Origin: Podarcis bocagei
Lineage: Eukaryota
Direction: 5' to 3' (one strand)
NCBI GenBank assembly: GCA_964188305.1
Contig: OZ076897.1
DNA: 64,000 bases
In this document: piece by piece, positions 12,284-27,056 of the stretch
How positions within the stretch are numbered: position 1 is the first letter of the stretch
Layout: every line of letters begins with the position of its first letter
Position numbers and translations under genes: made by a program
The notes under the pieces: model-generated
What the model was told of the DNA's origin: nothing
Databases searched by the model: none
Seen by the model: only the letters and a program-made list of their open reading frames with translations

Positions 12284-14733
12284 CTAAGAGAAGGGCCAAG
12301 TCATCCAATATTTAAGGAACTGCTAATTCACTAAATATAATCTGGCTGCTCCATATGCAGAACTAACTGACTGGTGGATAGAGCAAGCTGCATTTGCCAC
12401 TGTCTCCAAAAAAGTCAGCGCAGTGCAGAAAGCTTTATAGATTACATAAAATAAATTTCTACAGTTCCATGCCAGTTCTTCTGTAAGGTGACATAAAGGT
12501 ACAGGTACCCCTGACGTTAAGTCCAGTTGCGAACATCTCAGGGGTTGCAGCGCTCATCTCTCTTTACTGGCCGAGGGAGCCAACGTTTGTCCGCTTCCAC
12601 AGACAGTTTTTCCGGGTCATGTGGAAATTATGACTAAACTGCTTCTGGCGAACCAGAGCAGCGCACAGAAACGCCGTTTACCTTCCTGCCGGAGTGGTAC
12701 CTATTTATCTACTTGCACTTTGATGTGCTTTCGAACTGCTAGGTTGGCAGGAACTGAGACTGAACAACGGGAGCTCACCCTGTTGTGGGGCCTCAAACCG
12801 CCGACATTCCAATCTTATTTTGCATTGCTCACTCAACAGGAGCAGTTTGAATCTTTAAAGTTGCATCCCACCACACTGCTGAAAATCCTCCTCATGCTTG
12901 ATGTTTCACAAGTATTTCCTATCCCTCCACCACCCATTTCTTTCATCAATCTTTCCTGATCCTTCTAACTAATAATAATCATTTTATTAGTTGTACCCTG
13001 CCCATCTGACAGGGTTGCCACAGCCACTCTGGGCAGCTTCCTGCTATAACAACATTGTTTTACTACCATTGTTGTTGTCGTCAACAACAACAACAACAAC
13101 AACTATCAGCCTTTTAATTTCCTTCAACACTTCAAGCTCTTTCCCGTCAGAGCAAGGGAGACCTTGCCCACTCCTGAACCTCTCTGTCTCCTGGCCACCT
13201 TTACTCTGCATGCAGAGTTGCTAGTGTTGCCGTTGCTCCAGCCAAAAGGCTATGGCAGGCAGTGATACTGAGGCCTACCTGAAAGTGGTCCAAAGACCAC
13301 TGCTGAGACTCAGCCCACTGGTGCAGAAACACTGGTCTAAGCTGCCCATTATCGAAGCAAAGGAGCCTCTATTTGCGCTAACTATTAAAAGATGGAGGAG
13401 ATTTTAGTTGCCATGAGTTCCAGAGAATGTCACACTGACATACAGGGCTCAACTAACTCTTCTGACCATCTGGAGCTAGACATTTATGGAGCTTGTAGGT
13501 AGGTTATTTTGGTTGCCTGTTTCTCACGTCTTAAGCCTGATGGAGTTATTCCACTGTGTTGTGCTTTCCTATGAAAGCTTACTCAGTATTATTAAGGTCC
13601 AGTTCCTCCAGCAAACTGTCTAAATGCATGCATCATTTGAGAATATCCTTTTTAAAAAAGCTGAATTGGCCCGTGAAACCCACCATTTTTAATAAATTCT
13701 TCATTACAATGTTTATATGGTATTGTTTCTCCTGCCCCAATGATTATTCAAATACTGAAAAAAAATTCCCGTTACATGAAATAATTTTTTTATCCTTTAA
13801 ATTACTTAAAAGTTTCTAGCTGCTGTACAAAGTTATTAAATTTATAGATAGCCACCCATCGGTTTACAAACCATTCCATTATACATGACACAAAAGGAAA
13901 GGGGATGGGAGGGACAGAAGAAAACTTGGCCCTTATATATTATAGAAGTGTTACCTACCGCTTCAGGACTCTTGTGAGATAATCATTGCTGCAGATTAAT
14001 GCTCCATCTTCAGAATGTGTATGAAGAGTGCATATAACGTCCCTTGAACTCAGAACATCGACCATCACTAAACAGAAGAGGGAAAAATGCTCTAAAAACA
14101 AGTGTGACATTATAGTAGAGACAACATTAAGAATTATCAACAACCACCAAATCTATTCAATCCTTAAATAGGAATTCTTTCTGATCACTGCATTGGTTTT
14201 ACTTATTTTCCTGAAAGCATGCATGCTTCGTGGGAAGAGGTCACATTCATGCTCATTCCATGCTGACTGTAAAAATGAGCAATTACAAATCGCTACAAGA
14301 TAAAAAATATATGTCACCAATAATTTCAAAAGGAGTCCATTCACACATCTACCTATGAGTAACAGGCATTTGAACTGGCTCCTGTTATCCCATCACCAGC
14401 CCAATCCAAAGATGTGCATCTTGAAAGGATTAACAAAACAGTAAACAGGCTGTTCACCTGTTGCAAGTTTATCCCAAGCCATCTTCAAAGCTGGTGTGGT
14501 TAAAGTTTAATCCATAGATTATGTGATAAAGTGCAACATCTGCTTACTTTTTAATATTCCCAACCATAGTATAAAACTGGGAATTCAGATCCAGTTTATA
14601 CCCAGGTTTCAAAATATGTATTTCCACCCTGGGACCATAGGGTGAAAGATGGACTGTAAATGACATAATGTGCTACTTTTTGTACCAATAGCCCCCAAAC
14701 CAATTTAACAGAGACAAACACTAGAAACGCGCG

Positions 14734-14768
<35 letters not shown>

Positions 14769-14930
14769 TGTGCAATAGTAGAAAAGAGTTAATATAGATG
14801 GCTAAGTAGTAAATGGGAAGAGTTTGCCAGTTTCTTCAATGTGTGCTAAAGTAAGAGCTCACTTGTGTATAACTATAACCATATTGTACATCACCATGAG
14901 ACACTTGTGTAGAAGACTAATAAATAATAA

Positions 14931-14985
<55 letters not shown>

Positions 14986-15129
14986 GCAGCCCTGCTTAGG
15001 GAAGCTTTTAATGTTTGACGGACTATTGTATTTTAATATTTTGTTGGAAGCCACCCAGAGTGGCCGGGGAAACCCAGCCAGATGGGCGTGGTATAAATAA
15101 TAAATAATAAATTATTGTTTGTTTGTTTG

Positions 15130-15176
<47 letters not shown>

Positions 15177-18100
15177 CACCTCTTTTCAGACCTTATTTAT
15201 GAATATGTGGCAATAGGTCACAGATGTGATCCAGCTCCTCCTCTCTAGTTCCTTGCCTCTGTGTGTTCAGACTGCATGGGGAGATGGGCAGGTTAGAGGA
15301 AGGCAGGAATTGATTAAGCAAAATTTGGGGTGTTGGTTCTAGCAGGGGACTATTGGGGCTCCACATGAGGCACAAAGTGTCTTAGGCCAGCGCTTTTCCT
15401 ATAAATATTTGAAAGCAGTCACAAGAGCCAGCTATTTAGGGCTTTGCACAGTGCTGCTCTGGGAAAAGGGAGGTAGCTTTGCAATGTGTGGTCAATGCTT
15501 TGTGTCAATGTGTGGTATGGACATCCAGTCTGTTCTTAACACTGAAACACACATATACACATTCACACGTTCTACCCCAGCCTGAGCCAAATGAGGCTAC
15601 ATGTGTAGTGCAAAATGCAGCGAGTGCATTTCTGCACCACGTTCCCTGCTGACTTTTTGTATGCCTGTGTGAACCCAATACACCTTTCCTTTGGAGACAT
15701 ACCACAGGCTAGGTTCTCCTCCAATGGATGCTGGAATGTTACTGAAAAACTAGTGGCTTTTTGCTGAAAGACGTCAAAATGAAGCAAGTCTGATGAATCT
15801 GGAAGGAAATAACTGTTTAGTGACTGTTTGGGCTAACCCTGTAGCAATAGAGCTAAACGTTTAATTTGAACTAGAGATATAAATTAGTGGGTGTAGTCAG
15901 AAAACATTTGTATTGATTTCCAAGTATTCTATATCCCTTAACTTAAAACATTACCATCGAAGTAGGAGTGGGTTGGTTTTTGCTGGACTCAAGGAGTCCT
16001 GCTTTGTACAAGCTCATGAAGTTTCATGGTACAAACATCAAATGAAATACAGTGGACTCTCGGGTTGTGAACATGGTCCGTGTGGGATGCATGTTCACAA
16101 CCTGCAGCAGCGCGTCTGCGTACACAAGGGTTGCGATTCAGTGCTTCTGTGCATGTGCAAAGCGCGATTTAGCGCTTCTGTGCATGCGCGACTGCTGAAA
16201 TCCGTTCCAGTACTTCCGTGTTTTGGCAGTCCATAACCTGAAAAAACGCAACCTGAAGCGTCAGTAACCCGAGGTATGACTGTACAGTTGCTGAAAATTT
16301 CCTTTTCCGTTTCACTATCTCCAAAAGAAATAAGTTATAAGGTGTCAACATTGTTGGTTGGAATCCAAACAGTCCCAAGCACACCTGAAAGCAAGTCCCC
16401 ATGAATACTTCACTCATTTTTAAATCTCTGCCTGCAGGAACTTTTGCTGAGAAGGGAGGGCCGTAGCTCAGTGGCAGAGCATTGAGTGCCTTGCACGAAG
16501 AAGATCCCACGTTCCACTCCTGCCATCTCCAGATCTGACTGTGAGAGAACCTCACCTGACACCCTGGAGAACTGATACCAGCTGATGTGGTGTAGTACTG
16601 AGCTATGTAAGAAAAGGGGGCAGGGGCCGAAAACAGAGTATATAGTTTCAAGATGGGAGTTGCAAATGAAACAAAGAAGAAGGGGGAGAACATTGCAGAA
16701 AATGCACATTCGATTTGCGTGATCTGTTCTACGCTATTCATATTGTTGCACCCCACCCTCAATCTCCAAGGTTTCAGGGATTCCAGGTGCTTACACAGGG
16801 TTTGTGATTTCTTTTGGGAATGAGGCACAATGGAGACTGTGGTCTCTTTATGATGTATGGTTTATCTACACGTATATACAAACTGAGCCTACAACATTAG
16901 TTTCTCCCACGGCAGCAGCCTTGGATTCAAACAGAAATCAAGTATTTCTCTTTGACCCTGTCTCCAGATTGCTGCTTTTCTTCCTGGTCACTTCACTGCT
17001 TCTCTCAACTCTGGCTTTATCTGTGAGAGGGGGCCCCACCCATTTGCCATCTTGCACCTTAATCCCCCTTAATGGCTCATTGCTCAGATTTATCACCTCA
17101 CGAGGAGGCTAGCCTGGCTATTCCTTGGTTAAATTCTAACACTTGCTAGATCTAAAGATTAGAGGGGTCTGGCACCCAGCTTAACCTCCACAGATATGAT
17201 GGGCTCACAATTTTCCTAGCCACTTTCAATGAATTGGATCACAAAAATGCTGAGAGGGGAGCAGAACCAGTATGCTGTCCATCACACCTCCTTATTTCGA
17301 ATGCCTGAATATCTTGTCACCACCATCCAAGGTGGACCTAACTTTACATGCATCCAACATACAAATCCCAATTGATATATTTGAGCTTCACAGCAAATAC
17401 TGAAGATAAACTCTTCCCAGAATTCACTGGTAGAAACACAGCAGAATCAGAAAGAGGTGTGAGCAAAAGATGTGCGAACATCTTACCTTCACACTCAGTT
17501 GTCTCAGACACACAGCTGCTAATGAGGGTGTTATATGCTGCTTGAAGTCTGAGAACTTCAATCATATCAGGCACACATTTGGGATGGGTGAAAGGGATTT
17601 TCTTGACCATTGCTCCAGCCAGATCAGATTTTTCTATGCCTTTATCTAGGAAATAGCTGTGTTTTGGGCAGCCTGGAAGAGACTGATCATAAACCATACA
17701 AGATTTGTTCATGGATGTAGTAGCAATTGTTTCCTGCATTGATTTTTTTAAAAAGTAGTGAATAGGAAACATGAATAAAAGGAACTTCCCTTCAAAAACA
17801 TACCCTATTTACTTGAGTCTAATGTACCATCAAATCTAATGCGCACCTCAATTTTCAGAACCCTGAAACCAAAAAAAGTATTTGCTGGCGAATGTAAATG
17901 TGCCATCGAATCTAATGCGTACCTTAATTTTCACAACAAAAAGGGTGAGCATTAGATTTGAGTAAATAAGATAGTTGTCTAGAACAGTACAAAGAATGTG
18001 ACACTGGACTTTTAAGCAAACCTTGAAATAAGCTGCTTATATTATAGATGCCTCGACCACCCATTTTTAAACAAGTTATTAAATAGAGTAGTCTCTGCAC

Positions 18101-21100
18101 TTGATCTGAAGAGTTGCTCAGCTCTCAAGCCCAATGGCACCGTGGGGAAAAACCAACCTGTCTGTGTATACATGGTAGTTTAAAGTGGATTTTATGCATT
18201 TTATGTGTGTTTGTTTTTCACCTTGTCCACACGACATTGTCCTCATCTAAGTAGAAGTCCACACTTCCCTCTGCCATTTAATTCAGAACTTCCCAATCCA
18301 TGTGATAAGGGGCGGAAATCCAATGTAAACTCAGATGTTACCCAGACACACTGAAGCACATTGTGAGGGCCACTTCTTATGTGACAACGTTTTGCTGGGT
18401 GTACTGCCACCTATTCCTGCACCCCTTACTTCCACTGGTGAGGTTTCCTTGGTGGGCTTTTATTGGGGCTGAGACAGAGACGCACTTTGGGGGGAGGGGG
18501 TGAACCCACAAGTGTGGTATACTGGAAAACTTGTATCTCAGTAATAATAAATATTGGCCACTCACACAGGTAAACAAATGATTGACATACCCACAGTGGA
18601 CTTCAGTTTTCCAGAACTCAAGGGGAGGGGTGGGAAAATACTAACTGAGAGGAGAGGACAGCGCATCCCATGAACACATCCCATAAACATCAAGACGGAG
18701 TTCAGCTGAAAGTGCCCATGTATGGATGAATGCACATGGACAGAAATGCACGTGGACAAATGGTGTCTGTGTGAGCCATGTGCACATTAAGCCTCTGGTT
18801 TGTATACCAGTAGTGCCAGTTTCCGCATAGTAGGATTTATCACACACAGCTGTTTCAAGGGCAACTTGTACCAAAAAGAACTGAATATAAACTAAAAGCA
18901 TGGCCAAGAAGATGTAAGAAATAAATATAATCCACCAACAGGATTCACTCCAGTTGGATCTTTCTACCAAGTTATTCCCCACAATGAATTCATTCTATGC
19001 TATCTTTATGAAACTTTCCCAGCTATTATGAGACCATGTGTGCAAATGGTTTTAACCTGAAACAAGACTTTTAAAAAAAGTTGTTATGGGTTAGTATAAG
19101 GCCACATTTAGTTTTTTAATGACATCTCATGGATGACAGCCCCACAATTTTGCACATTAGAGTCACTGAATTGAGTGTAATTTTGTGTGTGAGAGAGGGG
19201 GAGAGTAAGGAGAGAGAGAGAGAGAGAGCGCACACACAATTTGTGTATGTTGTGTAAAGGCCAACCTGGGCAAAGAATTGCAACTTAGGTCATAATCAAA
19301 TTTAGCAGTGTTAAAGTCATCTACTTCAGAAAATTCATGTGACTTCCCAGAATTCAACACACAGCTTTCAGTAAGCTGTAGAATTATGACTCATTTAGCA
19401 GCTTCATTCCTGACCTCATAACTGGAGTGAATACCAACAATTGGAGTATAATTACCACAATGAAGGAAGAAGTACTTGTTATCAAACCATGCGGATGATT
19501 TTCTGAAAGGGCAAACTGAACAATCAGCTCATGTAGAGGACCTGGCTTCAACCTAGCAACTGGAAGCCCTAAAACCAAATAATTTTTTTCCATTAGTACT
19601 GTACAAGAGCATCATTAAAGATGGAATGCATTTGAGAGAGACAGCATCACATGAGAAGAGGCAAAGAGAGATGTGATCACACAATGGTTATCAATAAATC
19701 AGTGGGATGGTTGCCAACAGAGGGACAGGGCTATTCAGATCAGCAAGCACTTGTGCTCCTGAATGGGCCAGTTGCTCCTGGGAAGGCTGAGACAAATACC
19801 AGCATGAATGCTATACTCCTAGTACAGAAGCAGCAATACTTGGTTCTCATTTTACGCTCCTGCCACTTCTCCCTTTCTAACTCCACCCTGGGGCCCCATC
19901 AGCCTTCATACCCCTGTAGGGGAAGAATTAACCAAATGTTAATTAGGGTCTATTGAAATGCTAGCATGTTAGGAGGGAGGGTGGAGGTACAAAATTATGT
20001 ACTTAATTAAATTAAAGCATGCCTGTAAGCTCCTGTAGTTTGTGAATACTGGATGAAGACAGAGGAAAAGGACAGTTCTGGTAAAACATCAGGAAAAAGC
20101 AAGCTGATAATGGTGCAGAAATTACTTCCTTCAGAGGCAGGAATCTGGGGCTGCTGAAGAAAAGGGTTCAAAGTTAAGCATCAGGTAAAAGGAAGCTAGT
20201 TTGACCAGTACTCTGGTAGCACAATCTTATAAGTTAAGCCAATGTTTCTCAAGCTTGCGTCCCCAAGTGTTGTTGGACTACAACGCCCATCATCCCTGAC
20301 CACTAGTCCTGCTAGCTAGGGATGATGGGCATTGTAGCCCAACAACACCTGGGTACCAAAGTCTGAGAAAGGCTGTTCTAGGATCTCAGACAGGATCTTC
20401 CTTTATCAGATCCGGAGGATCTGTGGCCCTCCAGATGTTGTTGGACTTCAACTCCCACCATCCCTGACCATTGACCAGGCTCACAGGGGCTGGTCAGAGC
20501 TGGAGACCACCAGCACTGCTCACAGTAGACAGCACCTTCAAAGGGAAACATCAGTTGGTGAGGAGAGGGGGCAGAATAAGAGTTCAGCCTGGCCTGAATC
20601 CAGATCAAAAGCACATACTGGGTCATGGATTGGCAGCAGCCTTTTCTTCAGACTGAAAATGGCCAGTTTAAGCATGTACTCTTAAGAAGTGTGAAGAACA
20701 CAATGTGTAATTTGAGGACGCACTTCCAGGTTTTGTACACATTTTCCTACCACGTTCCTCACAGTGTCTTAAAATGACAGACTATTAAGAAGTGAATTTG
20801 ATGTGCTATCACACACCCATTAGCGAGGGATTTCCATGTTCAGTTATACTGATAGGAGCATGAATGATGCCCTCAAGTCTTACCCATCTTCACCAGTCGG
20901 CGAATTCACAAGTGAGGGTGCAAGAGGGAGTCGGTGAACGGCATCAGCCCCTCCTATTATGACAAGCACCTTCCTACCGTCTATTTTCAAGCCTGATGGA
21001 AGGAGAAGACACAAATATGTCAGACTGTGAAGATGATACACAAATGGCCTTGAAGTCTTTGTCCAGGAACATTGATTTCCCCCAATACTTAAGTGAATTG

Positions 21101-23250
21101 TGATTCTAAGTTCTATAGCCGGTGATGTTATCCTGTCAGAGAACAGAAGGTTGCATGATGGATGCCTTGCTTGCCATTTGAACCCATTTTGTCTTTTGTT
21201 ATTTCAAAGCTAGTTCTGGACTAGTCTGAGGGAAGGCCCTGTGGCAGTATCTATTTAGGCCCCCTGGGAGTTTCCATGGTGACAGCTGTGGGTCTGGGAA
21301 GCCGGCAGCCATTTTAATAATAAAATGGCCGAGATTTTAAGTCCCCACAATGCCTTGGATGGATACTATGTGAACCAGTCCAGGGCACTGATGGGAAATT
21401 TAATATGGTGGTCCTCTTCCATTTGTTGTTGTCAGTAAAAACTAAAGTGGGGGAGCAGGTGGGCCAAGCTGGGGTGGTCAGCTCTGATGGACTCTGCTGA
21501 AATGCTAAGCACTGTCTTTAGTCCTCTGCCGTTATGACTGATGGTTATTGGGGGGTTTTGACCCAAGCAGATAGCAGGACAAATAAAGCAACAGGTCACC
21601 ACCAACTCTTAAACTTGTCCATCTTCTCACAAAATGACCACATCCAGACCAGTACACTTCATTTTTCTCCCTCATTGTTCCAGTATTTATCTTCACATTC
21701 ATGCATTGCAATATTAACACAGTTGTGTGCCATGTAAAAAGCATTACATAAGACAGTTTCTTTTTTAAAAAACCACACATCCCGGAATGGATATTAGAGA
21801 AATGGAAAACTGTAACGGGTTTTAGTGTTTATACTGTGTTGTAAGCCACTTTGAGTCACTTTTGTGAGTAAACTGACAAAATAATAATAAATACCTGGGG
21901 TGAGTTGTTCCTCTAGAATTTGATACTGCGATAGATAAAATTCAAGGTTCATAGGGCTTCCTATAGAATTTGAGAAAATTAGATGGATTAAACAGAAAAA
22001 GCACATAGCGGATAGCAATGTAAGCTATGTAAGCTTAGGATGTTTGATCCCCTTCATCATTTTTGTTTGCTTCCAATGCAAAGGACTCAATACCCCAGGG
22101 CCATATTGTGTGACAGGGGACCCAAACAACTGCTTGGGGTTGCAAGGAGATTGTTGTGGAGAGCTAGTTATCCACTAAACAGTTTAAACATATAAAACAA
22201 GTAAGTTCCTTTTTACAAATCACAGAATTGTAGCATTGGAATGGACCACTTGGGTCATCTAGCCCAACTCCCTATAGTGCAGGAATCTTTTTATCCAATG
22301 TGGAGCTCAAACTCACAGCCGCGAGATTAAGAATCGAATGCTCTACCAACTAAGCTATCACTCCTAGGGTGAAATTTCTTCCTGATAAATCATGCATACA
22401 ATTCATGCATAAATATTGAGGAGCAAGCTGCAGGACACCCTAAAATAAAGTACAGTGGTACCTCGTGTTAAGAACTTAATTTGTTCTGGAGGTCCGTTCT
22501 TAACCTGAAACTGTTATTAACCTGAGGTACCACTTTAGCTAATGGGGCCTCCCACCGCAGCCGCACGATTTCTGTTCTCATCCTGAAGCAAAGTTCTTAA
22601 CCTGAGGTACTATTTCTGGGTTAGCAGAGTCTGTAACCTGAAGCGTATGTAACCTGAAGCATCTGTAACCCGAGATACCACTGTATTCAAGAAGGTTGTA
22701 CAAATGGGGGAGGAGCCCCAAGAGATGCTCCAAAGTGCCATTTAGGGACAACTCTGCACACTGCACATGGTCAAGTAACTACCAAAGAAAAGAAGAATTA
22801 TAGGCAGAAGAAAAAGGCATTGGGGGAAGCAGTGGTCCAATGATCGGACACCCAGGAAATCACTAGCTGGTCTTGGTTTTAACCTTTAAGGCAGTTGTGC
22901 AGAAAGTGCACAGTTTGATCCTTTATGCTGATTGAAAGGTCGGCGGTTCGAATCCCCGTGGTGGGGTGTGCTCCCGTTGCTCGATCCCAGCGCTTGCCCA
23001 CCTAGCAGTTCGAAAGCACCCCCGGGTGCAAGTAGATAAATAGGGACCGCTTACTAGCGGGAAGGTAAACGGCGTTCCGTGTGCTGCGAAGGCTCGCCAG
23101 ATGCAGCTTGTCACGCTGGCCACGTGACCTGGAAGTGTCTGCGGACAGCGCTGGCTCCCGGCCTCTAGAGTGAGATGAGCGCACGCACAACCCTAGAGTC
23201 TGTCAAGACTGGCCCGTACGGACAGGGGTACCTTTACCTTAATACATAGA

Positions 23251-23294
<44 letters not shown>

Positions 23295-26200
23295 CCGCAA
23301 CAGGACTAGCACCTTATCAGGAAACGTAAGTCAAATGGGGGAGGGGAAGCAGCATTACTCATAAACAAGGAGAAGTGTATGTGAAAAGGGACCAAAACGC
23401 AAGAAGAAGAAGAGTTTGGATTTGATATCCCGCCTTTCACTCCCTTTAAGGAGTCTCAAAGCGGCTAACATTCTCCTTTCCCTTCCTCCCCCACAACAAA
23501 CACTCTGTGAGGTGAGTGGGGCTGAGAGACTTCAGAGAAGTGTGACTGGCCCAAGGTCACCCAGCAGCTGCAGGTGGAGGAGCGGAGACGCGAACCCAGT
23601 TCCCCAGATTACGAGACTACTGCTCTTAACCACTACACCACATTGGCTCTCCAAGGAGGAACTAGTCAGGACCTCTCCTCTATTTTCACAGCTACCTAGA
23701 AAAAGACTCGGGGACAAGAAAGGGGTTGTACACACTCATGTTGGACTCACCGTCATCTCTAGTCAAAAAGCGGTTTTGGAGCACAAAACTAGAAAAAGTG
23801 GTTTTGGAGCGGTTTTGTGAGCAGAAAGTATACTGGGATGAATGTGCTCACAGAACGCTTCAGGTAACGAGCTCCACTAACCCAGAAGTAGATGCTCCTG
23901 GTTGCGAACTTTGCCCTGGGATGTGAGTGAAAGTTGTGCACTGGTAGCGTGGCAGCAGCGGGAGGCGCCATTAGCGAAAGCGCGCCTTAGGTTATGAACA
24001 GTTTTGGGTTAAGAACGAACCTCCGGAACGAATTGAGTTCATAACCGGAGGTACCACTGTACTACAAACAACAATGCTTCTATCATACATGCTACCTACA
24101 AAGTCACCAGAAAGCAATCCCAAGGTATTACTATTCTTTAGCATTCTTAAATTATGCTTGGCTACCATGATCACACAGATATCTACTTCAGTCTGGAGAA
24201 AGAAAGAATAAACAGTTACCTCCACTTCTTGGGTTCAGATATCCAACTTTTCCACATAGTATTTCAGTGACTCTGTCCATACCTGGTGTTCTGTTTTTAA
24301 AGTATATACAGTAATCAGTAAGATCATGCACTTAAATGCCTTAAAATATTTTTTATTATTATGGCAACCTTAGGCTGGAGTGCAAACATTTGAACTTGCA
24401 CCTTCCCCAACCACTGTCAAACCTACCTGCTCAAAGCAGACAGTGAGCAGAGGTCTTTTTCCAAAGCCAGGAAGGCAGCAAACACCTTGGACTTTGTTTC
24501 ACTAGAAAAGAAAGACCTTATTGGAGGAAGGGGGTTTAACATACAATATAATAATTTAAGTAATTAAGTTGTAACAAACAAACCTGCTTCCTGGAATCTG
24601 ATAAATATTTAACATGTCTGCCACCATGTTTCCAAAGGCATCAAAATTTTCCATTCTAAAGAGCAAAATACATGCAACAATTGTCAGTGCTGATAAGGCA
24701 AATATTTGGGAAAACACCACCACCGAAGTGAATCTGATATTGGCAGCATGTTGACATAGAAAGCAGTGGGATGCTCTTACCATTGAGCTACCATCAAACA
24801 AGACATCTAAAAAGCAGTTAAATAACTTTGGAAAGTGGCTCAAATTGGTCCTGGTTGGAGGGCAGGCAGGGATGGAAGCAACAGTTATTAGAACTATCTA
24901 TTCATTTTTTACTTCAACCACAGAAAACGATATGGGAGCAGTGGCAAAGGATTTTTATTTTATGAAATTAAAAATTAAAAAATTATGTGTGCTAAAAATC
25001 CACCCAGCGCATATGTACCTCAGAAGCTGCAAAAGATCTTCACAGGTCTAGAAGACGAAAGAACAGAGGTTATGGTTTTCTAAAGAGGGGCACTATTTTC
25101 TTAAAAACAAAGCAGAAAGGAGAAATGACATAAGCCGAACCTTAGTCAACACGAAACTTTAGCAGACACTATGAGGAATATCCAAGGATGTTTTCCCCAG
25201 GATCTATTCAGGAACAGTCACTTTTGGTTGTAAACCAGAATCTATAAAGGCATATATTTCCTACTCTTCTCTCACCCATAGTTGGAGTGTGATTGCATCA
25301 TTTTGAAAGCCCTTGGGGTCCCTTCCAACTCCACAATTCTAGGATTCTATGTAACCTCCCCCCCCCCACCATGTGCTTCACTGCATCCACATATTGCATT
25401 TACTTCCTTTATTGGACTACCCCCCTCCAGACTAGGAAAATTCAAATTTAACGGGGGAAATTGTGGGCTAGCAGTTGGATGAGGACTTTATGTGAACGAG
25501 GAACAACCAGCTTCAAACCCGCATTAAGTTCCCCATGTGGACGAGCCCATATAGTTGCTACTTCATGTCAAGCAGTCTCATCAGATGGGGACAAATTAAG
25601 GAGGAATTGTCACCCAGCTATAAGGAATTTTAACAGTCTTTGTGCAATTATTTTGCAGTTCAGCATTTGCTATTCCCACAAATTTTGCATTTGCAAATGC
25701 AGATGTTTAGTTTGGTTGTAGCAGCAACAGAATAAGTGTTATAACTAATGTAAAGTTGTCCCTTTGACTTGTTTGTTGTTGTTTAGTCATTTAGTCGTGT
25801 CCGCCTCTTCGTGACCCCATGGACCAGAGCACGCCAGGCACTCCTGTTTTCCACTGCCTCCTGCAGTTTGGTCAAACTCATGCTGGTAGCTTCGAGAACA
25901 CTGTCCAACCATCTTGTCCTCTGTCGTCCCCTTCTCCTTGTGCCCTCCATCTTTCCCAACATCAGGGTCTTTTCCAGGGAGTCTTCTCTTCTCATGAGGT
26001 GGCCAAAGTATTGGAGCCTCAGCTTTAGGATCTGTCCTTCCAGTGAGCACTCAGGGTCGATTTCCTTAAGAATTTGATCTTCTTGTAGTCCATGGGACTC
26101 TCAAGAGTCTCCTCCAGCACCATAATTCAAAAGCATCAATTCTTCGGCGATCAGCCTTCTTTATAGTACAGTTCTCACTTCCATACATCACTACTGGGAA

Positions 26201-27001
26201 AACCATAGCTTTAACTATACGGACCTTTGTTGGCAAGGTGATGTCTCTACTTTTTAAGATGCTGTCTAGGTTTGTCATTGCTTTTCTCCCAAGAAGCAGG
26301 TGTCTTTTAATTTCGTGGCTGCTGTCACCATCTGCAGTGATCATGGAGTCCAAGAAAGTAAAATCTCTCACTGCCTCCATTTCTTCCCCTTCTATTTGCC
26401 AGGAGGTGATGGGACCAGTGGCCATGATCTTCGTTTTTTTGATGTTGAGCTTCAGACCATATTTTGCGCTCTCCTCTTTCACCCTCAATAAAAGGTCCCT
26501 TTGACTTACATGCAAGCATCCCACTTGCTCCACAGGGTTTATTATGAAGCTATAGATATTTTAGAAGAACAAGAAAAGCAGGATTATATTTCATCAGATC
26601 AGAACACCCAAAGGAAAAATAAAATAAAATTACCAGGGGTTTTTTCCCAGGGTGAGCCAACCTGACATCCACCACTTTTCCATCCGTCTCCAGGTGAATC
26701 TCAATGTAGAAGGATTTGGATGTTATATAGCAAACTGCCCCACTGGGGCTCACATAATAATTAAGTCTACAGAGGAAAGAAGGAAGAAGAAAAAATGCAT
26801 TGCTTATTTAAAAGTTACAGTGTGCAATGGAAGCCTAGCAGGGCTGGCCCAAGACATTTTGGCACCTCAAGTGAACCACAAAATGGTGTCCCCCCTCTCC
26901 ACCAGGAAGGAAGGGTGAGTGAAGATCTACGTCAGGAACAAAGTGATGAGGACTAAAGATCGGCAGAGTGGCTGGGGAAACCCAGCCAGATGGGCCGGAA
27001 A

Positions 27002-27056
<55 letters not shown>

